Both the position numbers and the translations under genes were made by a program. A stretch of 64,000 nucleotides of DNA from a virus, in the IMG/VR virus record IMGVR_UViG_3300011116_001048, positions 1-64,000 of that record; one strand, 5' to 3'. Below are positions 25,270-35,674 of the stretch, piece after piece; position 1 is the stretch's first letter; every line of letters starts with the position of its first letter. The notes below the pieces were generated by a model. The model ran no database searches. It had not been told where the DNA came from and saw only the letters and a list, made by a program, of their open reading frames with translations.

Positions 25270-25290
25270 TAATTCAAATATATATTAAAA

Positions 25291-26115
25291 ATGCTTCAAT
25301 TTCCATACAACAATCAATCAGATGAATACGTATATCCTCCATCAAAAAGGACAATTACTTCGTCCAATTACGATGAAGCATTAAAATGTTTGAGTCCATT
25401 TGGGCCGGTTTCAAATATGAATTGTCCAAAAACCTCTCCCGATTGTAATTGTCCTGCAGCTCTTTCACAACTCAGACCAATAGATGATGAACCCACTGAT
25501 GCAAGTTTAGCTGTAGCAAAAAATGCAACAACCGAGTGTGATTACATATTATCAGAATTAGGTGACGTAGAATGGCTTGGTATAGATTTTAATAATCCAC
25601 ATTCTACTTATAATTGCAATTATTGTGTAGAAAAATATGGTGATAATAATCTAACAAATATAAATTATGAAAATGTAAAAGGTGCCCCCTCTGATTGGAA
25701 AAAATATTTTAAAACCGACGAAAACACTTATTTTTTTAATTACGATAAACGAAAAACTTATAACGGTCTAGCGTATCCTCCAAATATAAACCAAACACAA
25801 ACAGATCCTAGCGGGGAATGTGATACAGTGATTGGTAATTATTTTAAATATTACAAAGAATATTCAAATACAGCAGCAACATTTTGGAATACACCAGCAA
25901 AAACCCCATTATTTAGAAAAGCACAAACTGCTTTAATGATGGCTCAACGTATTAAAATTTTAGTTCACGGTGATATCAGAGCAAAACCAGGAAGATTAAT
26001 CTACGTTGATTATCCCAATTTTGGTGGCCGTTGGATGATCTATAAAGTTCAAAGAGTTATCACAGCACAAAAACATTCTATGTACCTGTATCTTATGAGA
26101 GACGGAGTATCATAA
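25291..26115 (+). CDS. protein ending in the gp27-like hub C-terminal domain
   Basis: C-term IKILVHGD....PG.LI.V.....GGRWMIYKV..VI......M.L.L.RD; Cys-rich N-term. Confidence 0.55.
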   Translation: MLQFPYNNQSDEYVYPPSKRTITSSNYDEALKCLSPFGPVSNMNCPKTSPDCNCPAALSQLRPIDDEPTDASLAVAKNATTECDYILSELGDVEWLGIDFNNPHSTYNCNYCVEKYGDNNLTNINYENVKGAPSDWKKYFKTDENTYFFNYDKRKTYNGLAYPPNINQTQTDPSGECDTVIGNYFKYYKEYSNTAATFWNTPAKTPLFRKAQTALMMAQRIKILVHGDIRAKPGRLIYVDYPNFGGRWMIYKVQRVITAQKHSMYLYLMRDGVS

Positions 26116-26116
26116 A

Positions 26117-26497
26117 ATGGCAAAATACACAGATATTGATCTTTATTTTACTAAAAACGAACTAACAAACGATGCTAATTTTAAATTGGATATCGCGGCA
26201 ATATCTCAAGCAATTAAAAATATAGTACTAACAACTAAAGGCGAAAAATTATTTGAATCTGCATTTGGCGGTAATGCATACGATCTGGTTTTTAATGAAT
26301 TCAATCCTTTAGAAATAAATATAAAAGCGTCTGAAATAGCAGCAGCAATACAATTATACGAACCAAGGGCAATAGTTCAAACCATAAATATTACAGATTC
26401 GGGATTAGGATATTGGAATATTAACATTTCGTATTCTCCAATATACGACCAATCTGTCACTAAAGATATAGTCTTAACTGTAGGTAACGACAAATAA
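26117..26497 (+). CDS. gp25: baseplate wedge/sheath initiator gp25
   Basis: YTDIDL.F, AI.QAIKNIVLT..GEKLF...FG, I..YEPRA. Confidence 0.92.
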   Translation: MAKYTDIDLYFTKNELTNDANFKLDIAAISQAIKNIVLTTKGEKLFESAFGGNAYDLVFNEFNPLEINIKASEIAAAIQLYEPRAIVQTINITDSGLGYWNINISYSPIYDQSVTKDIVLTVGNDK

Positions 26498-28197
26498 TGG
26501 CAAATCCAAAAATAAACATATCTTCATTAGACTTTGACAGCATAAAAACGTCTTTAAAGGGGTATTTAAGTACTCTTCCACAATTTGTTGGATATGATTT
26601 TGAAGGTGCGGGCGTTAATACGTTATTGGATGTATTGTCGTATAACACACTATATTATAGTTTTTACAGCAACATGATTGCTAATGAGACTTTTTTAGAT
26701 ACAGCACAATTAGAAAATAATATAGTATCTCTAGTAAAACCATTAGGATATCTTGTAACGGGAAAATCATGTTCAAAAACTGAAATAGTTGCTAAATCCG
26801 TAGCAACCACTAACGTTTTACTTGCTTATACTGATTACTTTTTGGGTTCTAGCTCATCAGGCACTACTTATAGATTTTATCCTATACAAGACCAAACTTT
26901 AACCTCTGGAACAACATCCAGTTTTACATTATATGAAGCAAATTCGGTTGTTGATGGGCTACAAGTTACAGTAGACATCGCTCAACAAAAAGCGTTTTTG
27001 GGAAACACTAATATCGATTTAAATACATTAACAGTTAAAGTTAATGGTGTGGCTTGGAACAAATTTAATAATTATCAAGTAGATCAAGGTCCAGATGGGC
27101 AGATATATTTCTTAGATAGAACTTCCAATGGATTTTATATTATATTTGGTAAACGAACATTAAACGATTATCAAACAACGTACGGCAAAAATATAGCAGA
27201 AAATGATGTTGTTACTGTATCTTACTTAATACCAAGTGGCACTAAAGCAAACGGCATTTCTTCAATAACAAACAACAAAGTTACTGTGACGTCTTCGTCA
27301 GTTTCTGCCAGTGGTACCGATGCGGTAGATTTAAATCTAATAAAATTCTTTGCTCCCAAATTATTTGCAGCAAATGATCGTGCAGTGACCAAGGATGATT
27401 TTTACGGCCTACTGTTCTCTTCAAACATTTTACCGGCATCGATCACGCAAACCACACAAGTAAACGTTTGGGGTGGTGAAGAAGCAGACCCTGCTTCATT
27501 TGGTCGTGTGTTTGTTTCGTATGCAGATCCAACACTAACAACTACAACATCTTCGGTTAAAAACAGTATTGCATTTTTAAAGAGTAAATCTGTAGTTACT
27601 GTTCTTCCAGAATATGTTCAGCCTCAGGTAGTTACCATTAATATAGGAATATTAACAACAGGAGCAAATACTGCACAACTAACAGGAATTAAATCCCTTG
27701 TTGAATCATATTATAATGATAATTATAAATTTAATAATTCTGTTAAATTAATTGATGTTAAAAATTTAATTATTAATAACTACACAACAGTAAAAGGTGT
27801 TAATATAACATCTGGTGGTTTAAAGGTGCAAGTAATTGGTTCCGGTTCTGATCGTGTAATTTATTTAAAGAATGAGCTACAAACCCCACCGACTACTGTT
27901 GGTGGAGTGGTTACTAGTGATTCGTTTACGTACAACAGCACCACCATAAAACTGGCAGACAAAAAAATAACAAATACTAGCGGTTCGTTGGTTGCAGTGA
28001 ACACCAGTGGCGTGGAACAAACAGCTCTTGGTATTTTAGGGAGCGTAGATTACAGCACTGGCGCAATTTTTATAAAACCAAATGTGCTGTCAACAGGAAC
28101 AACAATAAATGTAACAGCAAATCTTCAATATCCAGATTCGGTCACGATAAAGAATGAATTTTTAGGAATAGTATCTGCAACAGTAACTGGAGCTTAA
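26497..28197 (+). CDS. gp6: baseplate wedge gp6
   Basis: LDFDSIK..LK.YL, YDFEGAG...LLDVLSYNT, ANETFLDTA, RAVT..D, VWGGEE..P..FGRVF. Confidence 0.93.
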   Translation: MANPKINISSLDFDSIKTSLKGYLSTLPQFVGYDFEGAGVNTLLDVLSYNTLYYSFYSNMIANETFLDTAQLENNIVSLVKPLGYLVTGKSCSKTEIVAKSVATTNVLLAYTDYFLGSSSSGTTYRFYPIQDQTLTSGTTSSFTLYEANSVVDGLQVTVDIAQQKAFLGNTNIDLNTLTVKVNGVAWNKFNNYQVDQGPDGQIYFLDRTSNGFYIIFGKRTLNDYQTTYGKNIAENDVVTVSYLIPSGTKANGISSITNNKVTVTSSSVSASGTDAVDLNLIKFFAPKLFAANDRAVTKDDFYGLLFSSNILPASITQTTQVNVWGGEEADPASFGRVFVSYADPTLTTTTSSVKNSIAFLKSKSVVTVLPEYVQPQVVTINIGILTTGANTAQLTGIKSLVESYYNDNYKFNNSVKLIDVKNLIINNYTTVKGVNITSGGLKVQVIGSGSDRVIYLKNELQTPPTTVGGVVTSDSFTYNSTTIKLADKKITNTSGSLVAVNTSGVEQTALGILGSVDYSTGAIFIKPNVLSTGTTINVTANLQYPDSVTIKNEFLGIVSATVTGA

Positions 28198-28200
28198 TTG

Positions 28201-29316
28201 ATGATTTTACTTTTCACTAAAACTCTTGAAAATAAAACGTATACGACAAATTATGATTTGTCCACTGTAGAGATTGAGCCCAAAGTTCAATTCGAGAGTC
28301 TAGTCCAGCCGGTTTCTTCATTTTTCGTTCCGACACCACAACCACCAACCACTTGCAAATATCCTTTAAATATCAGAGAACTATTTCCATATTGGTTACG
28401 ATTAAACAGCAATGGAAATTCAGTATTAGTTTCATTGACACAAGCGTATTACGATTGGTTATGTTGTAATACTACAGACATCAATGATTTAAGTTTTTTC
28501 AGATTGGAAGATCTGATTGATCTACAATACATTCCAGATAATTTGGTAGAACATTTATCTAATACGTATTTAAATGCATTACCAACAGATTCTATAGGAA
28601 AGTATGTAACTCATGAAAAGGTTAAAAATTTAATAGACAATATTAAAATAAATTTATATTCTTCAAAAGGATCAGAAAACAGTTTTAAACTGGTTATTAA
28701 TGATTTTTTTGGTGTAGATCCTGACGATATATCACTTACGTATCCTAAAAAGTACGTATTGCGTTTAAATGGCGGTCGTTACGACTGGATGCGAGACAAT
28801 TTAAATGCTACTGGCGATTATTCTACAAATATTAGTGATTTTTATCCACAACTAACAGGAAGTTATTTAAATTATTCTGTAATTTATGATAATAATTTTT
28901 GGCAAGAATTTTCGTACGAAGTTAGTGTTGCTGGTATAAGCCTAGAAACGTATACAAATACTGTAAGACCTATACTACATCCTGCCGGTACCAAAGATTT
29001 CTTTAATGCAAAATTTACAACAAAAACTACAGTCCAAAATCCAACAACAGCAACCACAAATGAAATTTCAATTTTTGCTAATTATGCACTGTATACCCTT
29101 GGTTCTACTGCCAGTATTGGTCATACTTTTGGTTGTTCTGGTGCTTACGGTGGAGTTACAGGATACCCTATCTACAAATTCCCGTCTTGGGATGTTGATA
29201 TTGACGGGAAATATTATACAGGAATGACTTTTGGACAGATAAATATTGGAGATTTCTTATATTTAACGCCAGTTCCCGGTTTTACTTATCCCAATTCAGG
29301 CTTAACTTGTTCATAA
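28201..29316 (+). CDS. gp7: baseplate wedge gp7-like (short)
   Basis: YY.WL, NI...Y.SKGSE.SFK......F, .YPK..VLRL..G, D..FWQEFSY.V, V...LHPAG. Confidence 0.8.
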   Translation: MILLFTKTLENKTYTTNYDLSTVEIEPKVQFESLVQPVSSFFVPTPQPPTTCKYPLNIRELFPYWLRLNSNGNSVLVSLTQAYYDWLCCNTTDINDLSFFRLEDLIDLQYIPDNLVEHLSNTYLNALPTDSIGKYVTHEKVKNLIDNIKINLYSSKGSENSFKLVINDFFGVDPDDISLTYPKKYVLRLNGGRYDWMRDNLNATGDYSTNISDFYPQLTGSYLNYSVIYDNNFWQEFSYEVSVAGISLETYTNTVRPILHPAGTKDFFNAKFTTKTTVQNPTTATTNEISIFANYALYTLGSTASIGHTFGCSGAYGGVTGYPIYKFPSWDVDIDGKYYTGMTFGQINIGDFLYLTPVPGFTYPNSGLTCS

Positions 29317-29323
29317 ATTAAAA

Positions 29324-30694
29324 ATGACTAAAACATTATTACAAAACATTATACCGCAAATACAGTCTAAGCTGTTAACAGAATTACATTTAGTTTTAGG
29401 CGGTCTGCCCGGGCAAACCCCAGAAGGCGAATACGTCCGCGAATCCGATGGTATTCTTGCCAGACGTATTGCACTGTCAGAAAAGGCACTGATTGCGGAT
29501 AATAACGAATGGCAATACGGAAAAGTGTATACCGAATGGGCACCAGATGTAACATCAAATTTTTACGTGTACAACCCAGAAAACAGAATTGTTTACATCT
29601 GCACCGACAACAAAACGTATAATCGAATAGATCAAGAACCTGCAATCTCTACGGTGATTCCTTCTCACACCGATCCTGTTATTCAACAATACAGTGACGG
29701 ATACAGCTGGATTCCAGTATACAAAGTTGATGTCACTAAACTGGAATTTTTATCGCAAACAGATCTGCCTATTCCAGATATTACTAATATCACCACATTT
29801 ACTAATTTTACAGACGTGTACACTCCTCTATGTGGTACAGGAATAACGTCATACGGTTGTTGTTGTCTGTACTTTAAAGACAACAGCATAGACGAAGTAA
29901 CCGGAGAAGTGTACAACAAAGGAGACGTAACTAATGAAGTTATTTTCTCTGATTGCTTTGAATGCCAAAAATTGGCAGATGCACTAGATCGTGATGTGGT
30001 GTTTTTAAGTGGAGTCACGTCGGGAGGTATTACCAGTTCTCATCCTCTAGAAAACCCACTATGTCCGGCCACAAAAACAATCCAAACAACACAACAACTA
30101 TTAGATACCAATAAATACAATTTAATTCCCGGTTCTAGTCAGGAATATGCTCTTATCTGTTTGAATAACTTTACAAACGAAAGCGGCATAATGTCGGCTA
30201 GAATAGACCTTACCGGGTTAACGGACGCACAGCGAACCGTAACAACGGAAAATCCATCTATCACTCTGTTGGATAAAACCGGTACTGGTGCTGAAGTACG
30301 ACTACTAACACAACCCAGTGGCTACAACCAATACCTAGTCGTAGGAATTGAACTGGTTAGTTCGGGTACAAATTACAGTACTGTAACCGACTGGGTTGCT
30401 CCTAATACGTCATTGTACAATGCTATAAAACTAGTTAATTTTCCAACTAATTTTTATAACGACCCGACAACACTAATTCATCCAAAACGTATTCGTGCAA
30501 TAATTCAAATAACCAGTGATGATTTAGACAATAATGTAACAACCAAGAATTTTACTAAATTTGCAGTTCTTGCCAATCCGTCAATTTACGGTTCCAATGC
30601 TCCAGCAATATACGCACCCGAAGATAAGAGCTTCAATAATCTTCAAACGTTTGCATTCGGTGGAACCGGAACCATTACAACAGTTGTACCATAA
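29324..30694 (+). CDS. gp8: baseplate wedge gp8-like
   Basis: W..G.VY..W, NFYV.N....VY.C.DN, P.H......YSDGY.W..VY, I.L...GT.Y. Confidence 0.78.
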   Translation: MTKTLLQNIIPQIQSKLLTELHLVLGGLPGQTPEGEYVRESDGILARRIALSEKALIADNNEWQYGKVYTEWAPDVTSNFYVYNPENRIVYICTDNKTYNRIDQEPAISTVIPSHTDPVIQQYSDGYSWIPVYKVDVTKLEFLSQTDLPIPDITNITTFTNFTDVYTPLCGTGITSYGCCCLYFKDNSIDEVTGEVYNKGDVTNEVIFSDCFECQKLADALDRDVVFLSGVTSGGITSSHPLENPLCPATKTIQTTQQLLDTNKYNLIPGSSQEYALICLNNFTNESGIMSARIDLTGLTDAQRTVTTENPSITLLDKTGTGAEVRLLTQPSGYNQYLVVGIELVSSGTNYSTVTDWVAPNTSLYNAIKLVNFPTNFYNDPTTLIHPKRIRAIIQITSDDLDNNVTTKNFTKFAVLANPSIYGSNAPAIYAPEDKSFNNLQTFAFGGTGTITTVVP

Positions 30695-30696
30695 CC

Positions 30697-31113
30697 ATGA
30701 ACAAACCAGACAATCAAACCCTGCTAATTTCCGACGTAGATCCAGCAAATACGTCAGTTCAACTTCCCACAAACGGATACAATATCCATTACACAGGTCG
30801 TAGAACTGGTGTCTCTCTGGGAGGAACGTACTACGCCAATAAAATTAGCGTAAGTGCAGACGGTTATCAGATTCAAACCGGATTTAGAGTAGATACTAGT
30901 GATGTGATTAATATCGTCAACGTAGGAGACACCATTAAAATAGGCTCTACCAACTATAAAGTACAGCGTTTAGTGTTTCCGTCTATAGATAAAACTACTG
31001 GAAAAGTAGTTTCTTTTCAGGATATCACGTCTTCGCCGGTTGAAGTGTATCCCCAAACCGTCCGTTCATATAAGTTTGATATTAGTATAAATATAAGTGA
31101 TTTACCATCATGA
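30697..31113 (+). CDS. hypothetical; C-terminus resembles the gp8 tail (IDK.TG.V)
   Basis: PSIDKTTGKVVSFQDI...; directly follows gp8. Confidence 0.5.
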   Translation: MNKPDNQTLLISDVDPANTSVQLPTNGYNIHYTGRRTGVSLGGTYYANKISVSADGYQIQTGFRVDTSDVINIVNVGDTIKIGSTNYKVQRLVFPSIDKTTGKVVSFQDITSSPVEVYPQTVRSYKFDISINISDLPS

Positions 31114-31820
31114 CAATACCAGCCCCATTTGTAAGCGAATTTCCGCTCCACCCAATTCCGTTTAAAAGTAGGATCCAAGACCAGATGGATCTTACAAAAA
31201 ATTATTTTGCTGTTGCGTTTAAACCTGGATTTCCTTTACAGGCTGCAGAGTTAAACGAACTTCAAGAAATTTTTTACGTTCAACAAACGTTAACACAAAC
31301 TTTATTTGCAAACTGGCACCAAAACGCGTATCTGTCTCAGAGTGGAACCTCTATGACCGGAACGCCGTGGAACGGGTGTACTCCTTTAAGTGCTGGTTTA
31401 GTCACATCAGCCACCGCTAACAATTTAAAATCAATAACCGTGAATCCCGGCTGGTACCTGTTAAAACAAACAGACGTAAACGGTGGATTTGGCGTCTGGG
31501 TGTATAGCACCGCTACAACGGTAGTGCTGTCTGGGTATAACAACACCACAACCGTTAAAGACGGCGATTACGGTATAATTATCAGTCAAGCAACTGTAAA
31601 TTGCACCACAAGTAATCCTGCAGGTACTAACGAAGACCGTACTTTACAAGACGCATCAAACATAAACGTGATTAACGGCCCGTGTGGTGCAGCCCGCTTA
31701 CAACTTCAAGTTGTAGGATTTGGTAAATCTGGAACCCAGACAACTGGGCAAACTTTCTTGCCTATATTTAATGCAACTAGTGGTATCGTAAAATACAAAA
31801 ACAATTATACTATAACCTAA
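31110..31820 (+). CDS. DUF4815-type (VrlC-like) baseplate protein, N-terminal domain only
   Basis: Y.AV.FKPGFPLQAAELNELQ; GAARL motif near the end. Confidence 0.7.
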   Translation: MTIPAPFVSEFPLHPIPFKSRIQDQMDLTKNYFAVAFKPGFPLQAAELNELQEIFYVQQTLTQTLFANWHQNAYLSQSGTSMTGTPWNGCTPLSAGLVTSATANNLKSITVNPGWYLLKQTDVNGGFGVWVYSTATTVVLSGYNNTTTVKDGDYGIIISQATVNCTTSNPAGTNEDRTLQDASNINVINGPCGAARLQLQVVGFGKSGTQTTGQTFLPIFNATSGIVKYKNNYTIT

Positions 31821-31824
31821 TCCT

Positions 31825-34473
31825 ATGCCCCAAATAAACAATTTATCATACACCGATACGTTTAAAACGTGGTTTGACAGAACCAATAGTGTTATTAACA
31901 CATTAAATGGTGTTACGGTATATAATATATTAGCCGGAGATGGCGTAGGCGTGACTAGTAGTGGTGGTTTATTTACTATTAGTCACGGATCAAATGTGGC
32001 CACTGGTGTAACTTTTGCCGGTAATGTAAATTTCAACGGAACCGTTTCATTTACCACAGCACCAACCGTTTCGTCCATGGTTGTGGGAGTGACTCCAAAA
32101 ATTACAGGTATCACTGCCGGTAACGTGGTTCGTGTATCCACCAACGGGTTAACTCTAGCAAAAGCAGACACCGCACAAAATGCAGAAGTTTTAGGAATTG
32201 TTGTAGGCGAAAATGCATCGTCAAACATTGTTGCGGTTAGTGGTGTTATCAACAACACAACCTTTGCAAACACCATAGCCAATGCTTTACAGATCAGTGG
32301 CGGCACACTGTCTCCCAATCAAGCGTACTTTTTGAGTCCTGATGTGGCCGGTGGTATTACCACCGTAGAACCCACGGCATTTAATACAGTATCAAAACCC
32401 ATATTATTAGGCATTACTGGAAATGTTGGTTGCGTACTTCCGTATCGCGGGCAGCTAATAGGATTAAGTTCTGGTAGTAGTTCTAATGGCGGGTCAAAAC
32501 GCGTAATTACCATAGACAAATCTGGATTTGATGCAGCGAATCTGGATACAACACAGTCAGTAAAAGTTGGAGATCTGGTTTTCTTTTTTAAAGACTCTTT
32601 TGATGGCCAACAACAACTTTTACAAAGATTTGGTCCTGAATCATCTGAATACACATTAAGTTTTTTAAAATGGGCGGGCAAATTAGACGGTTGTGTATAC
32701 AATACGTGTGGTATTTATGGTGCTCAATCATTAGGAGCATTACAAGAGATATTTACACCATACGATGACTTTATTTTGGGTTTGGTTAGTAAAGTTATTT
32801 CTACATCCGCTACTGTTTTGACCGTAGAAGTCACACAGCCAGGTGGAAACTTTGATGTAAATACTGCAGATTTGGATGCACTTTTGTGGAGAGAGATTTT
32901 TATAGAAAGTAGTGGATCTTATACATTACCATTTAATAGTTTTACGTTTACTAAATATACTAATTTAAATAGTAATTATCCAAAATTGTTTGATTTTATT
33001 AAAACTGGCCCAACCACAGCAAATATTAGTGTTTACGACGTTTCTCCCAGATCGTCTGTCGATGCTGTTACTGCAGCAACAGGCGTATTTAACCGTTTGG
33101 CAACACTGTTAGAAAACAGAATAGTGTCTGTAAACGGAGCATTAAACGCAAACCAGTACTCAAACACGTACACGTACGTCACAGGAAAACCACAAAAGTA
33201 CATAAATCCCATAACAGACGGCTGGTATTTTGTGACCACAGGAATAACGTATAACAATCTAAAAATAACTCCCGGTTTACCAAGCCAACCAATAAAAATT
33301 GACAAAATGGACTACGATTGGAGTCCATCAAAATGCCCAAATCTTCACTATTTTATAACAGGAGCAACACTAATTTCTGGTGTTTGTGGTGCGACGGGCT
33401 ACCAAAACGATTTAAAATCTATAATGCTTCCGTCTATTCAAAATATACGAAAATTTGATGCGGGAGACTTTTATTCTGGTACAAATTTAATAAAATTAAA
33501 ATTTAATTGTGCTACAGGACCAGGATATACAGGAACTTATCCAGGAATAACCCTCCAAGGTATTACTGTGTATGTGGATCGAACATACTACGCGGGTACA
33601 CAACATCCCGTAGGTCTTAGTGGGGCTATTGCGTTAAATAACTGGAGAGTTCTTAGATTGTATAATGTGCCCGGGGTTGATGGTGTAGAAAGGCAAGGAC
33701 CGCCAGCAATACCTTATGCGTTTATTCCGTTTGGTACTTCAAAAGAAATATCGTTTACTGTGAATGACACGTATTATAACCCAAGTATATCTTGGTATAC
33801 TTTTGACAGGTCTGGACTTCCATCTGTAGTGTACTTTCCGTCAGGAATATCTCAAGACATGCAGCAGTATCGTGAAACTTATTACAAGCGAAACGATGTC
33901 TGGGTAGGAACTTCCATATGGATGGAACCGTGGGCAGAACAGTTTGGTTTAAATATAGTAAGTCTTTCAGAATCTTTAACTCCATATGAAGGAAAATTAA
34001 GCGGAGCATCTCTGGCTGCATTTGATTATAAAACCGCCCAGCGGTATTATTTAAGAACGTATCCTGCAGGAGTAACAACAGGATTTCCAGAAACTGCCAG
34101 TTTAAATTACACAGAATTGTTATTAGGCAATTTAAGCACACAAAAACAGTACAAAATAAATTTTCCTGTAAAAACTGTTATTGTTCCTACAGGTATTACT
34201 CTTTATTCTCCCGTGTCTGGAACAGCAAACGAAGCGTATAACGTAAACGCAAGTAACGACATGCGAGAAACCGCAGGAAGTCTTAAAAATTTACCGTGGA
34301 GTACTGCATCAACAACCAGGACTTCTTTGACCACAAATAATATTACAGTTGCTGGTTACAATAAAGGTGCTATGACAGTACAGATTAATGATGGTGCGGA
34401 AAGTTTAGATTCATTACGATTCCACTACGTTGTTGACGCAACGTATAAAGATCAGCTTGAGCCCGGTTCTTAA
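31825..34473 (+). CDS. tail fibre/virion appendage protein
   Basis: N-term TDTFKTWFDRTN anchor motif; LAKAD....AEVLGIV domain; many GIT motifs. Confidence 0.65.
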   Translation: MPQINNLSYTDTFKTWFDRTNSVINTLNGVTVYNILAGDGVGVTSSGGLFTISHGSNVATGVTFAGNVNFNGTVSFTTAPTVSSMVVGVTPKITGITAGNVVRVSTNGLTLAKADTAQNAEVLGIVVGENASSNIVAVSGVINNTTFANTIANALQISGGTLSPNQAYFLSPDVAGGITTVEPTAFNTVSKPILLGITGNVGCVLPYRGQLIGLSSGSSSNGGSKRVITIDKSGFDAANLDTTQSVKVGDLVFFFKDSFDGQQQLLQRFGPESSEYTLSFLKWAGKLDGCVYNTCGIYGAQSLGALQEIFTPYDDFILGLVSKVISTSATVLTVEVTQPGGNFDVNTADLDALLWREIFIESSGSYTLPFNSFTFTKYTNLNSNYPKLFDFIKTGPTTANISVYDVSPRSSVDAVTAATGVFNRLATLLENRIVSVNGALNANQYSNTYTYVTGKPQKYINPITDGWYFVTTGITYNNLKITPGLPSQPIKIDKMDYDWSPSKCPNLHYFITGATLISGVCGATGYQNDLKSIMLPSIQNIRKFDAGDFYSGTNLIKLKFNCATGPGYTGTYPGITLQGITVYVDRTYYAGTQHPVGLSGAIALNNWRVLRLYNVPGVDGVERQGPPAIPYAFIPFGTSKEISFTVNDTYYNPSISWYTFDRSGLPSVVYFPSGISQDMQQYRETYYKRNDVWVGTSIWMEPWAEQFGLNIVSLSESLTPYEGKLSGASLAAFDYKTAQRYYLRTYPAGVTTGFPETASLNYTELLLGNLSTQKQYKINFPVKTVIVPTGITLYSPVSGTANEAYNVNASNDMRETAGSLKNLPWSTASTTRTSLTTNNITVAGYNKGAMTVQINDGAESLDSLRFHYVVDATYKDQLEPGS

Positions 34474-34492
34474 TTGTATAAAGAAAAAATAA

Positions 34493-35626
34493 ATGCCTAC
34501 ATCTTCAAGTCAAAACACAACAGTATATTCTCCGTACATAGTACTACAACAAAGCCCGTCTCGTGTTGCTATAAATTTATTAAATACAGACGGAATAACC
34601 TTTGTCGGGTTAACTCTAGGAGACGTAATCAGATATGATGCAATTAATGGTGGTTACACTTTAGCTATTGCTACTTCCGAAGCAAATGCAGAAGTTTTAG
34701 GTGTAGTAGAAAGTATTTCCACGACTAGTTGTACCGTTGTTACTTCTGGTTCTATAAAATACCCATCAGTACGTCTTAGTGGTATAACTTACGGTGGTGA
34801 TGGTGGAGTAGATATTTTATATCTAGACGAAACTGTTCGTGGAGGATTGACTGGTGCTGTAATAGTGGGCCTTACATCAGGTCAAAAAATTGTAAAACCT
34901 GTTATACAAGTCGCACCACACGGGCAGTACAATGGAATTGTAGTAAATTATCCTGGCTATAAATCGTGGTATACTCCTTCCACCGCAGAAGAAGGGGTTG
35001 TTTTAGCTCCTGGTGCTATTGTGTTTGCTGTTAATTCCGTGTCTCCGGGTCCAAATTGGTTGAACGTTTCAAACGATCTAACCGTTTCTGTCACTGCATA
35101 TCCTAATTTATATTCCATATACGCAAACAAAACAGATTTTATTGAAACAACAAAAATCTCATATGGAGCAATTTCTTCAGCATTAATAGGAAAAGAAGCG
35201 TATCAATTAGGAGGACTTAACAATACAACTAAAATAAACACAGGAACAGTTGTTGATGTTAATTTGTCTTCTGGATCTTTGGATATTAAAAAACTTGTTG
35301 GCACTTCACAGATGGATCCGGCCAAAATTTTATATATTACCACAGACACAAATCCGTTTAGTATATCTAATTCCAGTATTAGCAAAATAATTATACCTGC
35401 TGTTTCTTCAGGCAATCTGCCCTCGCAAAATGGTGTAACATTGGCCCCATATATCAAAGCATACGAAAGTATAAAAACCTTTATACCAAGTACTTTAAAA
35501 ATTGATAAATTAGTTGTTGATACCATTGCTCAGATTGGTACTGTTACAGACGTTCAACAAAAATTTAATACAATAGATTCTAAACTTAATGCAATTAATG
35601 CACGTTTAGGTGGTGGATTGTTTTAA
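34493..35626 (+). CDS. virion appendage protein sharing the AEVLG domain with the upstream gene
   Basis: GDVIRY...YTLAIATSEANAEVLGVVE...VVTSG...LYL...GGLT...KP; C-terminal coiled coil. Confidence 0.65.
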   Translation: MPTSSSQNTTVYSPYIVLQQSPSRVAINLLNTDGITFVGLTLGDVIRYDAINGGYTLAIATSEANAEVLGVVESISTTSCTVVTSGSIKYPSVRLSGITYGGDGGVDILYLDETVRGGLTGAVIVGLTSGQKIVKPVIQVAPHGQYNGIVVNYPGYKSWYTPSTAEEGVVLAPGAIVFAVNSVSPGPNWLNVSNDLTVSVTAYPNLYSIYANKTDFIETTKISYGAISSALIGKEAYQLGGLNNTTKINTGTVVDVNLSSGSLDIKKLVGTSQMDPAKILYITTDTNPFSISNSSISKIIIPAVSSGNLPSQNGVTLAPYIKAYESIKTFIPSTLKIDKLVVDTIAQIGTVTDVQQKFNTIDSKLNAINARLGGGLF

Positions 35627-35674
35627 TTAAAAATTTGTTGGTGTGATTGATATATACTTGTAGGAGTTTATATT

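Noticed and set aside
11856-35626. Diversity-generating retroelement or invertible fibre cassette
   Set aside because: No reverse transcriptase, TR/VR pair, invertase or flanking inverted repeats detected in the window.
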